Positions 26,747-37,381 of a stretch of 64,000 nt of DNA are shown one piece after another (the stretch's first letter is position 1; each line of letters begins with the position of its first letter). Position numbers and translations under genes: made by a program. The notes under the pieces are model-generated. The model saw nothing but the letters and a program-made list of their open reading frames with translations. It was not told the DNA's origin and made no database searches. Origin of the DNA: an uncultured Actinomycetes bacterium (GTDB lineage Bacteria > Actinomycetota > Thermoleophilia > Gaiellales > Gaiellaceae); NCBI GenBank assembly GCA_963746635.1, contig CAVVBZ010000036.1, forward strand, positions 29,003 to 93,002, read 5' to 3'.

Positions 26747-28108
26747 GTGAAGAGCCGAACGAAGAACGCGCCGGACAGAGACGACACGGGTGAGGAAGTC
26801 CCGGTCCCGGAGCTCGTCGGCACCGTCGCGATCGTCGGCTTCCCGAACGTGGGCAAGTCGACGCTCGTCAACCGTCTGACCGCCACGCGCAGCGCGGTCG
26901 TTCACGAGACCCCCGGTGTGACGCGCGACCGCAAGGAGCTCGTCTGCGAGTGGAACGGGCGCCACTTCCTCCTGATCGATACGGGCGGGGTCGACATCGC
27001 CGACCGGTCCGAGCTGACGCGCTCGATCGCCGACCAGGCGCGCGCCGCGATCGCCGAGGCGGATCTCGTCCTGCTCGTGGTCGACGCGAAAGCGGGTGTG
27101 ATGCCGGGCGACGAAGAGCTCGCGGCGATTCTCCGCGCGTCTCGCAAGCCCGTGCTCCTGCTCGCCAACAAGATCGACGATCCCGCCCAGGACGCGCACG
27201 CGCTCGAGTTCCACCGGCTCGGCCTCGGCGACCCCGTGCCGATCTCGGCGGTGCACGGCCACGGCACCGGCGACCTGCTCGACGCGATCATCACCATGCT
27301 TCCCGGCTCCGGCCGCGCACAGGTCGGGGAGGAGGCGATCCGGGTGGCGATCCTCGGCCGCCCGAACGTCGGCAAGTCGAGCCTCCTGAACGCGCTTCTC
27401 GGCGAGGAGCGCGTGATCGTCTCCGAGCAGCCGGGCACGACCCGCGACGCGATCGACACGATCCTGCGCCGGGACGAACGCACCTTCGTCCTCGTCGACA
27501 CCGCCGGGCTGCGCCGCAAGCGCCGCCAGCGCCAGGGAATCGAGTACTACTCGGAGCTGCGCGCGCTCGCAGCGGCGGAGAAGGCCGACGTCGCGCTCGT
27601 GCTCGTGGACGCGAGCGAGGGTCTGGTCGATCAGGATCTCTCGGTGGCCGACGTCGCCCGCAAGGCGCAGTGCTCGACGATCGTCGTGCTCTCGAAGTGG
27701 GACATCTCGCAGACCGCGCTCGAGGACGTGCGCTCGCGACTCGGGGACCGCCTGCGCCAGCGGCCCGCGCTCGTGACCGTCTCCGCGAAGACCGGCCGTG
27801 GGATCGGGCGCCTGCTCGACCGGATCGAGGAGCTGTTCGAGAGGCACTGCGGCCGGATCCCGACGCCAGAGCTGAACCGCTTTCTCAAGGAGCTGCGCGA
27901 GACCCGCGAGCCGCCGTCGAAGAGAGGGCGCCGGCTGAACCTGCTCTACGGAACGCAGATCCAGTCTCGACCGCCACGGTTCCGCTTCTTCGTGAACGAC
28001 CCCGGGCTGATCACGCGCGACTACGGCTACTGGGTCGAGAACCAGCTGCGGGCGCACTACGGGCTCGAAGGCGTGCCTGTTTCGATCGACTTCGTGAGGC
28101 GAACATGA
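26747..28108 (+). CDS. der: ribosome-biogenesis GTPase Der (EngA)
   Basis: Two GTPase domains, [10 protein letters not shown] and [10 protein letters not shown], plus a KH-like C-terminus. Confidence 0.9.
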   Translation: MKSRTKNAPDRDDTGEEVPVPELVGTVAIVGFPNVGKSTLVNRLTATRSAVVHETPGVTRDRKELVCEWNGRHFLLIDTGGVDIADRSELTRSIADQARAAIAEADLVLLVVDAKAGVMPGDEELAAILRASRKPVLLLANKIDDPAQDAHALEFHRLGLGDPVPISAVHGHGTGDLLDAIITMLPGSGRAQVGEEAIRVAILGRPNVGKSSLLNALLGEERVIVSEQPGTTRDAIDTILRRDERTFVLVDTAGLRRKRRQRQGIEYYSELRALAAAEKADVALVLVDASEGLVDQDLSVADVARKAQCSTIVVLSKWDISQTALEDVRSRLGDRLRQRPALVTVSAKTGRGIGRLLDRIEELFERHCGRIPTPELNRFLKELRETREPPSKRGRRLNLLYGTQIQSRPPRFRFFVNDPGLITRDYGYWVENQLRAHYGLEGVPVSIDFVRRT

Positions 28109-29058
28109 AGGCCGCGGTCGTCGGCGCCGGCGCCTGGGGGACGGCGTTCTCCGGCGTTCTCGCAGCGCGTGGGCACGACGTGACGCTTGCCTGTCGCGAC
28201 CCCGAGCAGGCGCGGACGATCGAGGCGACCGGGCGGAATCCTCGCTACCTCCCCGGTGCCGACCTCGCCGCAGTCTCGGCCACGACCGTCGACGACCCGA
28301 CGCTCGCCGGCGCCGACCTGCACGTCGTCGCCGTGCCGAGTCACGCCTTCCACGAGGTGGCCAGGGCGCTTCCGGGCGCTGCGCCGGTCCTCAGCCTGAC
28401 GAAAGGGCTCGACCCCGAGACCGGCGGGCGCCTCTCGGAGCTCGTCGAGCGGCGTGCCGTCGCCGTGCTCTCCGGGCCGACCTTCGCCGAGGAGATCGCC
28501 GACGGCCTGCCCGCGGCTGCGGTGATCGCGAGCGAGAACGAGCGGCTCGCCCTCGAGCTCCAGCAGGCGGTCAGCTCGCTTGCGTTCCGGGTCTACACGA
28601 GCGACGACGTGACGGGCGTCGAGCTCTGTGCTGCGGCCAAGAACGTGGTCGCGCTCGCGGCCGGAGGCGTCGACGGGCTCGAGCTCGGCGACAACGCGAA
28701 GGCAGCGCTGATCTCGCGCGGCCTCGCCGAGATGGCGCGCCTGGGCGAGGCCTGCGGCGCGCGGCCGGAGACCTTTGCCGGGCTCGCCGGGATGGGCGAC
28801 CTGATTGTCACCTGCTGGAGCCGCCACGGCCGCAATCGCCGTGCGGGCGAGCTGATCGCGCGCGGGTCGACCCCCGCGGAGGCGGCCGCAGAGATCGGCA
28901 CCGTCGAAGGCCTGACGACGGCTCCGGTCCTGCGCGATCTCTCGCACCGCCTCGGGATCGAGCTGCCGATCACCGAGGGCGTCTGCCAGGTGCTCGACGG
29001 ATCCGACCTGAGTGCTTTAGCTGCAGGGCTGATGGGCCGACAACCGACGAGGGAATGA
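28105..29058 (+). CDS. gpsA: NAD(P)H-dependent glycerol-3-phosphate dehydrogenase
   Basis: ATGA overlap with der. [34 protein letters not shown]. Confidence 0.9.
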   Translation: MKAAVVGAGAWGTAFSGVLAARGHDVTLACRDPEQARTIEATGRNPRYLPGADLAAVSATTVDDPTLAGADLHVVAVPSHAFHEVARALPGAAPVLSLTKGLDPETGGRLSELVERRAVAVLSGPTFAEEIADGLPAAAVIASENERLALELQQAVSSLAFRVYTSDDVTGVELCAAAKNVVALAAGGVDGLELGDNAKAALISRGLAEMARLGEACGARPETFAGLAGMGDLIVTCWSRHGRNRRAGELIARGSTPAEAAAEIGTVEGLTTAPVLRDLSHRLGIELPITEGVCQVLDGSDLSALAAGLMGRQPTRE

Positions 29059-30513
29059 CCGTCCGCACGCCCAAGACGACTCGGCACTCGGTTTTGTCGC
29101 CGCGCTCGCGCTGATCGCGGCCGGCTGCGGCGGTGGCCCGGCCGGCTCCTCGGAGCCCGGTGGCGCAGCGCCCCTCGTCCGCGCCGATGCGCTCGGCTAC
29201 GTCTCCGTCGACACCGACCTCGGCTCGAGCCAGTGGAAGCAGGTCGACGAGCTCTCGAAGAAGTTCGCCGGTCGCGCGCTGGCGCTGGACACGCTGCAGG
29301 CCGCGCTAACCAAGCACGGGGTCGACTACGAGGGTGATGTCAAGCCGGCGCTCGGCCCCGAGGTCGACGTCGCCGTCGTCAGCGCGGGAACTGCGGACAC
29401 GACGAAAGTGGTCGCGCTGACGAAGCCCGACGATCCGGCCAGGCTTCAAGGCTCTGGTCGCGAAGCTGAACGCCAAGGACTCGTCGGGCAAGCCGGTCGT
29501 CTACCGCGAGGTCGGCGGCTGGTACGCGCTCAGCGACAGCCAGGCCGCCATCGACCTTGCGCTCGCCGGCGACGGAGCGTCGCTCGCCGACGACTCCACG
29601 TTCACGGACGCGTTCGCCAAGCTGCCCGCGGACGCGCTCGTCAAGGCGTACGTCAACGGACACCAGCTTTCCGGCCTGATCACGAGCGCCGCCAAGAAGA
29701 GTGGCAACCCGCTCGGCGGCCAGTACGCGCAGCTCGCCAAGCTCGACTCGCTCTCCGCCTCGGTCACCGCGGAGAACGACGGCGTCAGGGTGGAAGGCGC
29801 CGTCAAGGGATCCGGGGCGGGCGACCTGGTCGGCGGCGGCAACTACGACTCGAAGCTGCTCGAGAACGCGCCGGGCGATGCGCTCGCGTTCCTGAGCTTC
29901 CGCGGCGGCAAGGGCCTCGCCTCCTCGCTCCAAGGCTTGGCGCTGCCTCTCGAGCTGGCGCTCGGTATCTCCTCCTGACGACCTGGCGGCGCTGCTCGAG
30001 AACGAGGTCGGCGTGTACGTCCGGCCGGGGATCGGGATCCCGGAGATCACGCTCGCAGTCGACTCCTCGGACGTCCAATCCGGGCTTGCGACGCTCGACA
30101 AGCTGGCGACGAAGCTCGCCGGGCTCTCCGGCGGGAAGCTCTCGAGCAGCGGCGACGACAAGACGCTCACGCTCGACGGCGTCGCGATCCACTACGGGTC
30201 GGCCGACGGCAAGATCGTCATCACGAACGCCGCCACCGGGGTGGCGGGCTACGGCACGAGCGGCGAGAAGCTCGCCGACAGCGCCGATTTCAAGGAGGCC
30301 AAGTCGGCGGCCGGAATGCCCGACTCCAACGGCGGCTTCCTCTACGTCGACCTCAAGGACGCGATCCCGATGCTCCTTGGCCTGGCCGGGCTCTCGGGCC
30401 ACCAGCCCTCGCCGGTCGTGACGGAGAACCTGCGGCCGCTGCGCTCGCTGCTGGCCTGGTCCGAAGGCTCCGGGGACACGCGGACTTTCGACCTCTTTCT
30501 CGAGATCAAGTAG
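29055..30513 (+). pseudogene. DUF3352-like lipoprotein, three frame disruptions
   Basis: ATGA overlap with gpsA. Lipobox LALIAAGC. The reading frame changes at about 29083-29090, 29438-29445 and 29965-29975. Length is 3n+1. Confidence 0.55.
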
Positions 30514-30525
30514 CCTGATTTGCCT

Positions 30526-31773
30526 ATGGCGGTTCGCGAATTTCTCTTCACGTCGGAGTCGGTTACCGAGGGGCATCCGGACAAGGTCGCCGACCAGATC
30601 TCCGACGCGGTGCTCGACGCCGTGCTTACCGACGACGCCACCGGGCGCGTCGCCTGCGAGACGCTGATCACGACGGGCCTCGTGGTCGTCGGAGGCGAGA
30701 TCACGACCGAGACCTACGTCGACATCCCGTCGTTGGTGCGCGCCAAGATCGCCGAGATCGGCTACACGCACTCCGAGTGGGGCTTCGACGCCCACACGTG
30801 CGGCGTGGTCGTGGCGATCGACGAGCAGTCGCCGGACATCGCGCAGGGTGTCGAGTCGTCCTACGAGATCCAGCACGATCCGGCCGACGACGACCCGCTC
30901 GACCGGGTCGGCGCGGGCGACCAGGGGATGATGTTCGGCTACGCGAGCCGGGAGACGCCGGAGCTGATGCCACTCCCGATCATGCTGGCGCACCGGATCT
31001 GCAAGCGGCTCGCCGAGGTGCGCAAGGTCGGCGAGCTGCCCTACCTGCGGCCCGACGGCAAGGCCCAGGTGACGGTGCGGTACGAGGTCGACGAGAACGG
31101 CCTCCAGACACCCGTCGAGCTCGAGCGCATCCTCGTCTCGACCCAGCACGCCGACGGATGCGACGCGGAGACGTTGATCAAGCCCGACCTGATCGAGCGC
31201 GTGCTCCACCCGATCCTGCCGCCCGACCTCTACGACGAGAAGCGCTTCCAGGAGCGCGACTTCGTCTACGTCAACCCGACCGGCAAGTTCGTGATCGGCG
31301 GCCCGATGGGCGACACCGGGTTGACCGGGCGCAAGATCATCGTCGACACCTACGGTGGAGCCGCGCGGCACGGCGGCGGCGCCTTCTCGGGCAAGGATCC
31401 GACGAAGGTCGACCGCTCGGCGGCCTACGCCGCGCGATATGTCGCGAAGAACGTGGTCGCTGCCGAGCTTGCAGACCGCTGCGAGGTGAACGTCGCCTAC
31501 GCGATCGGCGTCGCACGGCCGGTCTCTATCTCGGCGCAGACGTTCGGGACCGAGCGGATCCCCGTCGAGCGGATCGAGGAGCTGATCGGCGAGCAGTTCG
31601 ACCTGCGGCCGGCGGCGATCCTGCGCGATCTCGATCTGCTTCGGCCGATCTACTCGAAGACGGCCGCGTACGGCCACTTCGGCCGCGACGACCACGACTT
31701 CACGTGGGAGCGCACGGACAAGGCCGACGCGCTCCGCAGCGCCGCAGGCATCGAGGCGAGCACGCCCGCCTAG
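30526..31773 (+). CDS. metK: S-adenosylmethionine synthase
   Basis: [49 protein letters not shown]. Confidence 0.95.
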   Translation: MAVREFLFTSESVTEGHPDKVADQISDAVLDAVLTDDATGRVACETLITTGLVVVGGEITTETYVDIPSLVRAKIAEIGYTHSEWGFDAHTCGVVVAIDEQSPDIAQGVESSYEIQHDPADDDPLDRVGAGDQGMMFGYASRETPELMPLPIMLAHRICKRLAEVRKVGELPYLRPDGKAQVTVRYEVDENGLQTPVELERILVSTQHADGCDAETLIKPDLIERVLHPILPPDLYDEKRFQERDFVYVNPTGKFVIGGPMGDTGLTGRKIIVDTYGGAARHGGGAFSGKDPTKVDRSAAYAARYVAKNVVAAELADRCEVNVAYAIGVARPVSISAQTFGTERIPVERIEELIGEQFDLRPAAILRDLDLLRPIYSKTAAYGHFGRDDHDFTWERTDKADALRSAAGIEASTPA

Positions 31774-32375
31774 TACCGACGCGTTTCTCGGAGCTTCGAG
31801 ACCGTGACCAGCTCGTAGCCCTCGGCGCGGAGGCACGGGAGCAGGTGCTCCAGCGCCTCGACCGTTGCGGTGCAGTCGTCCCGGGCGCTCGTCGGCGGTG
31901 GCGGGAAGCCGTCGTGGAGATCGACGATCGCGCCGGGCCCGAGTCCGTCGAGCACGAGCCGGAAGATCGTGTGCGAGTCGACGCCCGGTCGCCAGTCCTC
32001 CGGGTCGACATCCGCGAAGACGGCTTCGAGGTCGAGGTCGGCGACGATCCGGAGCACGCGCTCGTCCGCGTGGAAGCCCGGTGCGCGGAACAGTCGCAAC
32101 CGCTCGCCGAGAGCCTCCTCGGCCGCGTCGACGCCGCCGGAGATCTCGGCCCTGACCTCGTCGTCGGCAATCTCCGTCAACCGCGGGTGCGTGAGCGTGT
32201 GGCTCCCCAGCTCGTGCCCCTCGGAGGCGATGCGCCGGACGTCGTCGGGCCGCTCGCGCACCCGCTCGCCGATGACGAAGAAGGTTGCGAGTGCCCCGTG
32301 CTCTCGCAGGAGATCGAGCACGAGCGGCGTCCACTGGGAGGGGCCGTCGTCGAAGGTCAGCGCCGCGCGCTTCAA
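31770..32375 (-). CDS. polysaccharide deacetylase (NodB-domain) protein
   Basis: [19 protein letters not shown] prefer the TTG start at 32375, which forms a TTGA overlap with the upstream regulator stop. The 250-aa version would overlap that gene by 150 nt. Confidence 0.75.
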   Translation of the reverse strand: MKRAALTFDDGPSQWTPLVLDLLREHGALATFFVIGERVRERPDDVRRIASEGHELGSHTLTHPRLTEIADDEVRAEISGGVDAAEEALGERLRLFRAPGFHADERVLRIVADLDLEAVFADVDPEDWRPGVDSHTIFRLVLDGLGPGAIVDLHDGFPPPPTSARDDCTATVEALEHLLPCLRAEGYELVTVSKLRETRRY

Positions 32376-33055
32376 GCGGGGCGCACGAACAGACCGGCGG
32401 CGGCCTTCTCGGCGATCGTCTTCTCGTCGCCGTTCAGCCGCACGGTCAACTGGTCGGCCGCGGGTTGCGCCTCTCGTACCTCGACGTCGGTTCCCGGCAC
32501 GAAGCCCTGGTCGTAGAACCACTGCAGGAGGTCGCCGTCGTGCTCGGCGAGGCGGACGATCTCGGCGTGCGCGCCGGGGGCGAGATCGGACAACGCCGCG
32601 AGCTCGCGGTTCTCGGTCTGCTCGAAGTCGGTGTCGACCGGCCAGCCGTGCGGACAGCGATCGGGATGACCCAACCGCTCGCTGATTCGGTCGATCATGT
32701 CGTCGCTGAAGCTCTCGCCGATCTCGTCCGCGTGCACGTGCGACTCGGCCGGCGTGTAGCCCATGAAGTCGGTCAGCAACCGCTCGACGATCCGGTGCTT
32801 GCGCACGACCTGCTCGGCCCGCTTCCGGCCCGCGGCGGTGAGGATCGCCTCCTTGTGCTCGCCGCGCTCCACGAGCCCTTCGGCCTCGAGCCGCTTCAGC
32901 ATCTCGCCCGCGGAGGCCCGTGAGACGCCGAGCATCTCGGCCACGCGGGACGCCAGCGTCGGCGACCCCTGGGTCTGTGGCCGGTACTCGCCGATCGGGA
33001 AGGCGAGGAAGTAGATCGTCTCGAGGTACTCGTCGACGGAATGACCCTGCGCCAC
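32372..33055 (-). CDS. DtxR/IdeR/MntR-family metal-dependent transcriptional regulator
   Basis: SVDEYLETIY, the HTH VAEMLGVSRASAGEMLKRL, metal-site HADEIGESFSD...RCPHG, and a C-terminal SH3-like domain. Confidence 0.9.
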   Translation of the reverse strand: MAQGHSVDEYLETIYFLAFPIGEYRPQTQGSPTLASRVAEMLGVSRASAGEMLKRLEAEGLVERGEHKEAILTAAGRKRAEQVVRKHRIVERLLTDFMGYTPAESHVHADEIGESFSDDMIDRISERLGHPDRCPHGWPVDTDFEQTENRELAALSDLAPGAHAEIVRLAEHDGDLLQWFYDQGFVPGTDVEVREAQPAADQLTVRLNGDEKTIAEKAAAGLFVRPA

Positions 33056-33095
33056 GCCGCCAACTCTACTGTCGTCTTGGTGGCAGAGGGCTTCT

Positions 33096-33113
33096 TGTAA
33101 GGTGAGCCTTACA
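33096..33113. promoter_or_regulatory. candidate DtxR-family operator, TGTAAGG-tgag-CCTTACA
   Basis: Perfect 7+7 inverted repeat ending 1 nt before the ZIP ATG. The centre, AGGTGAGCCTTAC, resembles the IdeR/DtxR box core AGGTTAGCCTAAC. Confidence 0.55.
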
Positions 33114-33114
33114 G

Positions 33115-33945
33115 ATGTCGTCTTCCGAGATCCTTCTGCTTGGAGCCCTTGCCGGCCTGACGATCTTCATCGGCCTGCCGATGGGCCGCGTGCAGAACGT
33201 CAGCCAGGACGTGAAGATGTTCCTGAGCGCGACCGCGACCGGGGTTCTGCTCTTCCTCTTCTGGGATGTGCTCGCGGCGGCGGTCAAGCCCGTCGAGGGC
33301 GCGCTCCACTCGTCGGACTGGGGGCGCTTCTCCTGGCTTGCGGCGCTCGCGTTCGGCGGGTTTGCGATCGGATTGCTCAGCCTCGTCTACTACGACTCGT
33401 GGATGAAGTCGCGACGGCGAAAGAGCTTCCTCGGCCCGGGTGCGGCTGCGGCGGGGGAGCTCGAGCGCTCCCACTTCACCGGCCTGTCGCCTGCCCGCTG
33501 GCTCGCCATCTTCATCGCGACTGGGATCGGGCTGCACAACTTCTCCGAGGGGCTTGCGATCGGCCAGTCGGCCGCGCAGGGCGCTTTGAGCCTCGCGTAC
33601 GTGCTCGTGATCGGGTTCGGGCTGCACAACGCGACCGAGGGCTTCGGCATCGTCGCTCCGCTCACGGGCGACGCCGAGCGCCCGAGCTGGAGGTTCCTGG
33701 CGCTGCTGGGGCTGATCGGCGGCGGGCCGACCTTCATCGGCACGATCGTCGGGCAGGCCTGGACCTCGACCGCGGTCTCGGTGCTCTTCCTGACGTTGGC
33801 CGCGGGGTCGATCCTTTACGTCGTGATCGAGCTGCTGAACGTCTGCCGGCTCTTCACATCCAAGACGGTCACGGCGTGGGGAATCTTGTTTGGGCTGACG
33901 CTCGGCTTCGCAACCGACTTCATCCTCGTCGCCGCCGGCGTCTAG
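33115..33945 (+). CDS. ZIP-family divalent metal transporter
   Basis: Multi-TM protein with the GLHNFSEGLAIG and GLHNATEGFG signature pairs. Confidence 0.85.
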   Translation: MSSSEILLLGALAGLTIFIGLPMGRVQNVSQDVKMFLSATATGVLLFLFWDVLAAAVKPVEGALHSSDWGRFSWLAALAFGGFAIGLLSLVYYDSWMKSRRRKSFLGPGAAAAGELERSHFTGLSPARWLAIFIATGIGLHNFSEGLAIGQSAAQGALSLAYVLVIGFGLHNATEGFGIVAPLTGDAERPSWRFLALLGLIGGGPTFIGTIVGQAWTSTAVSVLFLTLAAGSILYVVIELLNVCRLFTSKTVTAWGILFGLTLGFATDFILVAAGV

Positions 33946-34043
33946 CCTCGCTACGGCTTCGCTTGCGATGCCGTCTTCAGCACGCGCGGGCTCTGCCCGT
34001 GCGTGCGTCTGAAATGACCAATCGAACCAAGTGACCTGATCTC

Positions 34044-34049
34044 TAAGCT
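34044..34049 (+). promoter_or_regulatory. -10 box TAAGCT, 6 nt before the priA ATG (leaderless candidate)
   Basis: TAnnnT. No Shine-Dalgarno sequence. Confidence 0.35.
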
Positions 34050-34055
34050 CGCGTA

Positions 34056-35990
34056 ATGTCGCGGTTTGGGACGGTCGTTCCGCTCGTGACCGCGCGCGCG
34101 TTGAGCGCGCGCGAGTTCACGTACGAGCTGCCCGACGGCGCGGGCAAGGGCGCGGTCGTGTCCGTGCCGTTCGGCCGGTCGCGGGCCCGTGGAGTCGTGG
34201 TGGATGTCGTGAGCGCTCCGCCTGCCGGCGTCAAGGCGCTGCCGGTGGAGGCCGTCGTGCACGAGCTGCCGCCGGCGCTGGTCGACCTTGCGCTGTGGCT
34301 GGCGGAGTACTACGGCTCGACGCCGGCACGCGCACTGGAGCTGATCGCGCCGGTTCGCCGTCAACGCCGCAAGGAGCAGCCGTCTCCGGTGGAGCGGCAG
34401 TCGCTCGAGGGCGAGGCTGCTCCGGAGCGGCTGAGCGCCGACCAGGAGGAGGCGCTCAGCCGAGTCGTCGGCGCGCTCGACGCGGGCGGCGGCCACTTCC
34501 TGCTCTACGGGCCGACCGGAAGCGGCAAGACCGAGGTGTACCTCCAGGCCGCGGCGGCTGCGCTCGAGCGCGGGCTCGGGACGATCGTGCTCGTTCCCGA
34601 GATCGCGCTTGCTCCACAGACGGTCGGCCGCTTCCGGGAGCGCTTCGGCGACTCGGTCGCGCTACTCCACTCGGGGCTGACCGACGCCGAGCGGCGGGAC
34701 GAGCGCGAGCGGATCGCCGGCGGGGAGGCGCGGATCGTCGTCGGCGCGCGCTCCGCGATCTTCGCGCCGATGCACGGGCTTGGCCTCATCTGCGTGGACG
34801 AGGAGCACGATTCCTCGTACAAGCAGGAGTCGGATCCTCGCTACGACGCGCGCACGGTCGCCGCCAAACGCGCCGCGCTGGAGGGAGCTGTCGCGCTGTA
34901 CGGGAGCGCGACGCCACGGCCGGAGAGCTGGGAGCGGCTCGAGCGCCTCGAGCTGAGCGAGCGGATCGGAGGGCGCCTGCCGCCGGTGCGGCTCGTCGAC
35001 CTGCGCCGCGAGTCGGGCTACCCGCTCTCGGGGCCGCTGCTCGCCGAGCTCGGCGCGATCGCGGAGCACGGCGGCAAGGCGATCCTGCTGCTGAACAGGC
35101 GCGGTGTCGCGCCGGCGCTCCATTGCCGCGCCTGCGGGGCGACGTTCCGGTGTCCCGACTGCGACGTGGCTCTCGTGCTGCACCGCGACGAGATGCTTCG
35201 CTGTCACCACTGCGGCCATGCGGAGCCGGCGCCTTCCGAATGCCCCGTCTGCCGCTCGGTCGAGCTCGCGAGGATCGGGGCGGGCACACAACGGCTCGAG
35301 CGTGAGCTGGCAGCACGCGTACCGGAGCTCGAGCTGATTCGCCTCGACGCCGACGCGGTCAAGCGGCCGGAGGAGCTGGCGGGATTGCTGCGCCGCTTCC
35401 GCGAGACCGACCGCGCCGTCCTGCTCGGGACGCAGATGGTCGCGAAGGGCCACCACTTCACAGGCGTCGCGCTCGCCGCGGTGGTCGACGCCGACACCGG
35501 CCTCGGGCTCCCCGATCTGCGCGCCGAGGAGCGGACGTTCCAGCTCGTGACGCAGCTCGCCGGCCGGAGCGGACGGGACGGCCCGGGCCGGGTGCTCGTC
35601 CAGACGTTCCAGCCCGACGCAAGGCCGCTCGCGCTCGCAGCCCGGCACGACGTGCCGCGTTTCCTGGCCGACGAGCTGCGACGTCGCCGCGAGCTGGGTT
35701 ACCCGCCGTTCCGTCACCTCGTGCGCGTGCTCGTCACAGGTCCCTCGGAGGGCGCTGCCGTCAAGCTGCTCGCGGAGCTGCGGGCCGGGCTCGAAGGTCA
35801 CGGCGCCGACCTGCTCGGCCCCGCGCCGCTCTTCCGGCTCCGCGGCCGGCACCGGGCGCAGCTCGTGGCGAAGACGGACGAGCCGCGAAGGCTAGCGTCG
35901 AGGGCGGCGACGCTCCTGGCGTCCGCGGCCCCAGCCATGCGACGAGCCAAGCTGACCGCAGTGGTGGACGTCGATCCGCAGAGCCTCTGA
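34056..35990 (+). CDS. priA: primosomal protein N' (replication restart helicase)
   Basis: GPTGSGKTEVY, VDEEHDSSYKQ, and the Cys-rich zinc region CRACG...CPDCD...CHHCG...CPVC. Confidence 0.9.
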   Translation: MSRFGTVVPLVTARALSAREFTYELPDGAGKGAVVSVPFGRSRARGVVVDVVSAPPAGVKALPVEAVVHELPPALVDLALWLAEYYGSTPARALELIAPVRRQRRKEQPSPVERQSLEGEAAPERLSADQEEALSRVVGALDAGGGHFLLYGPTGSGKTEVYLQAAAAALERGLGTIVLVPEIALAPQTVGRFRERFGDSVALLHSGLTDAERRDERERIAGGEARIVVGARSAIFAPMHGLGLICVDEEHDSSYKQESDPRYDARTVAAKRAALEGAVALYGSATPRPESWERLERLELSERIGGRLPPVRLVDLRRESGYPLSGPLLAELGAIAEHGGKAILLLNRRGVAPALHCRACGATFRCPDCDVALVLHRDEMLRCHHCGHAEPAPSECPVCRSVELARIGAGTQRLERELAARVPELELIRLDADAVKRPEELAGLLRRFRETDRAVLLGTQMVAKGHHFTGVALAAVVDADTGLGLPDLRAEERTFQLVTQLAGRSGRDGPGRVLVQTFQPDARPLALAARHDVPRFLADELRRRRELGYPPFRHLVRVLVTGPSEGAAVKLLAELRAGLEGHGADLLGPAPLFRLRGRHRAQLVAKTDEPRRLASRAATLLASAAPAMRRAKLTAVVDVDPQSL

Positions 35991-36010
35991 GCCCGTACGA
36001 CCGCACTAAG

Positions 36011-36586
36011 ATGACGAAGGTGAGCGAGGCGGGCGAAGTCAGAGACGAGAAGCTCGACGCCGAAGCGGAAGCGCGGCGTCTGATCGCGCTCGCGCAGGTC
36101 CGTCAGTACCCCGACCCGGTGTTGCGCATGAAGGCGCACGAGATCGAGGATTTCGACGGCGACCTCTCCCGCTTGGTCGAGCGGCTCGAGCACCTGCTTC
36201 TCGATGCGAATGGCCTCGGGCTGGCGGCGACGCAGGTCGGCGTTCTCCAGAGGGTCTTCGTCTTCCATTCGACTCCCGAGGAGGACGTGCTCGCGCTCGT
36301 CAACCCGCGCCTCGCCGAGGCCTCCGACGAGCGGGTCAGCGACGACGAGGGCTGCCTCTCGCTCGACAGCGTCGTGATCCCGGTCGAGCGGCATGAGCGC
36401 GTCACGCTCGAGGCGAGCGATCCTGACGGCAAGGACGTGCGCATCGAGCTCGAGGGCCTGGCCGCGCGAATCGTGCAGCACGAGCTCGACCACCTCGACG
36501 GGATCCTGATCCTCGACCGGACGACGCCCGAAGCACGCCGAGATGCGCTCGCGGTCCTGCGACCGCAGCCCGTCTTCGTTCGGTAG
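36011..36586 (+). CDS. def: peptide deformylase
   Basis: GLGLAATQ, EGCLS, QHELDHLDG. Confidence 0.9.
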   Translation: MTKVSEAGEVRDEKLDAEAEARRLIALAQVRQYPDPVLRMKAHEIEDFDGDLSRLVERLEHLLLDANGLGLAATQVGVLQRVFVFHSTPEEDVLALVNPRLAEASDERVSDDEGCLSLDSVVIPVERHERVTLEASDPDGKDVRIELEGLAARIVQHELDHLDGILILDRTTPEARRDALAVLRPQPVFVR

Positions 36587-36589
36587 GCC

Positions 36590-37381
36590 TTGAGGCTTGC
36601 CGTCGCCGCGACGGCGCCGCTGGGTGCCGATGTGCTCCAGCGGCTGGCGTCGAAGCACGAGATCGCCTACCTGCTGACGCGGCCCGACCGGCCGCGCGGC
36701 CGCGGGCGCAAGATCACCGCGCCACCGGCGAAGGAAGCCGCCGAACGCCTCGGCATCGAAGTGCGCCAGCCCGAGCGGATCGGCCCGGACTTCGAGCCCG
36801 GGGAGGACACCGTCGTCGTCGCCGCGTACGGCGTGCTGATTCCCGAGCCCGTGCTCCCGCGCGCGCTCTGGCTCAACGTCCACCCGTCGCTGCTGCCGCG
36901 CTGGCGCGGGGCGGCGCCGATCGAGCGCGCGTTGCTGGCCGGTGACCGCGAGACCGGGGTCACGATCATCAGGCTCGAGCCGGAGCTCGACGCGGGGCCG
37001 ATCGCGGCGCAGCGGGCGTTTGCGATCGAGGACGCGGACGACTTCGGCACGATCGCCACGCGGGCGGCCGAGCTCGGGGTCGAGCTCCTCGACGAGGTGC
37101 TGCCCGGGCCGAGCTTCACGCCGCAGCCGGCCGAAGGCGTCACCTACGCGGAGAAGATCGAGGCCACAGACCGCGAGCTCGACTGGAGCCGGCCGCCGGA
37201 GGAGCTGCTCAACCGGATTCGCGCGCTCTCGCCGCACATCGGGGCACGCGCCGAGCTCGACGGGCGACCGGTGACGATCTGGCGCGCCCGCATCGAGGAC
37301 GGGAGGCTCGTGCCCGTCGAGGTGCAGCAGGACGGCCGCCGCCGGATGAGCTACGACGAGTTCGTCCGCGGCCTCCGGTGA
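36590..37381 (+). CDS. fmt: methionyl-tRNA formyltransferase
   Basis: NVHPSLLPRWRGAAPIERA, TGVTII. TTG start. Somewhat short at 263 aa. Confidence 0.85.
   Translation: MRLAVAATAPLGADVLQRLASKHEIAYLLTRPDRPRGRGRKITAPPAKEAAERLGIEVRQPERIGPDFEPGEDTVVVAAYGVLIPEPVLPRALWLNVHPSLLPRWRGAAPIERALLAGDRETGVTIIRLEPELDAGPIAAQRAFAIEDADDFGTIATRAAELGVELLDEVLPGPSFTPQPAEGVTYAEKIEATDRELDWSRPPEELLNRIRALSPHIGARAELDGRPVTIWRARIEDGRLVPVEVQQDGRRRMSYDEFVRGLR

Noticed and set aside
25970-28057. 695-aa ORF antisense to cmk/der. Similar ORFs occur at 29803-32334 (843 aa), 35798-37627 (609 aa), 46787-49525 (912 aa), 40876-42267 and 38585-39499.
   Set aside because: All are opposite well-supported genes, have Arg/Pro/Gly-dominated composition and no recognisable domains. 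They are GC-driven open frames.
31770-32522. Long (250-aa) version of the deacetylase ORF
   Set aside because: Its first 49 codons overlap the DtxR-family gene and are Arg-rich. The NodB domain starts right after a TTG that overlaps the regulator stop.
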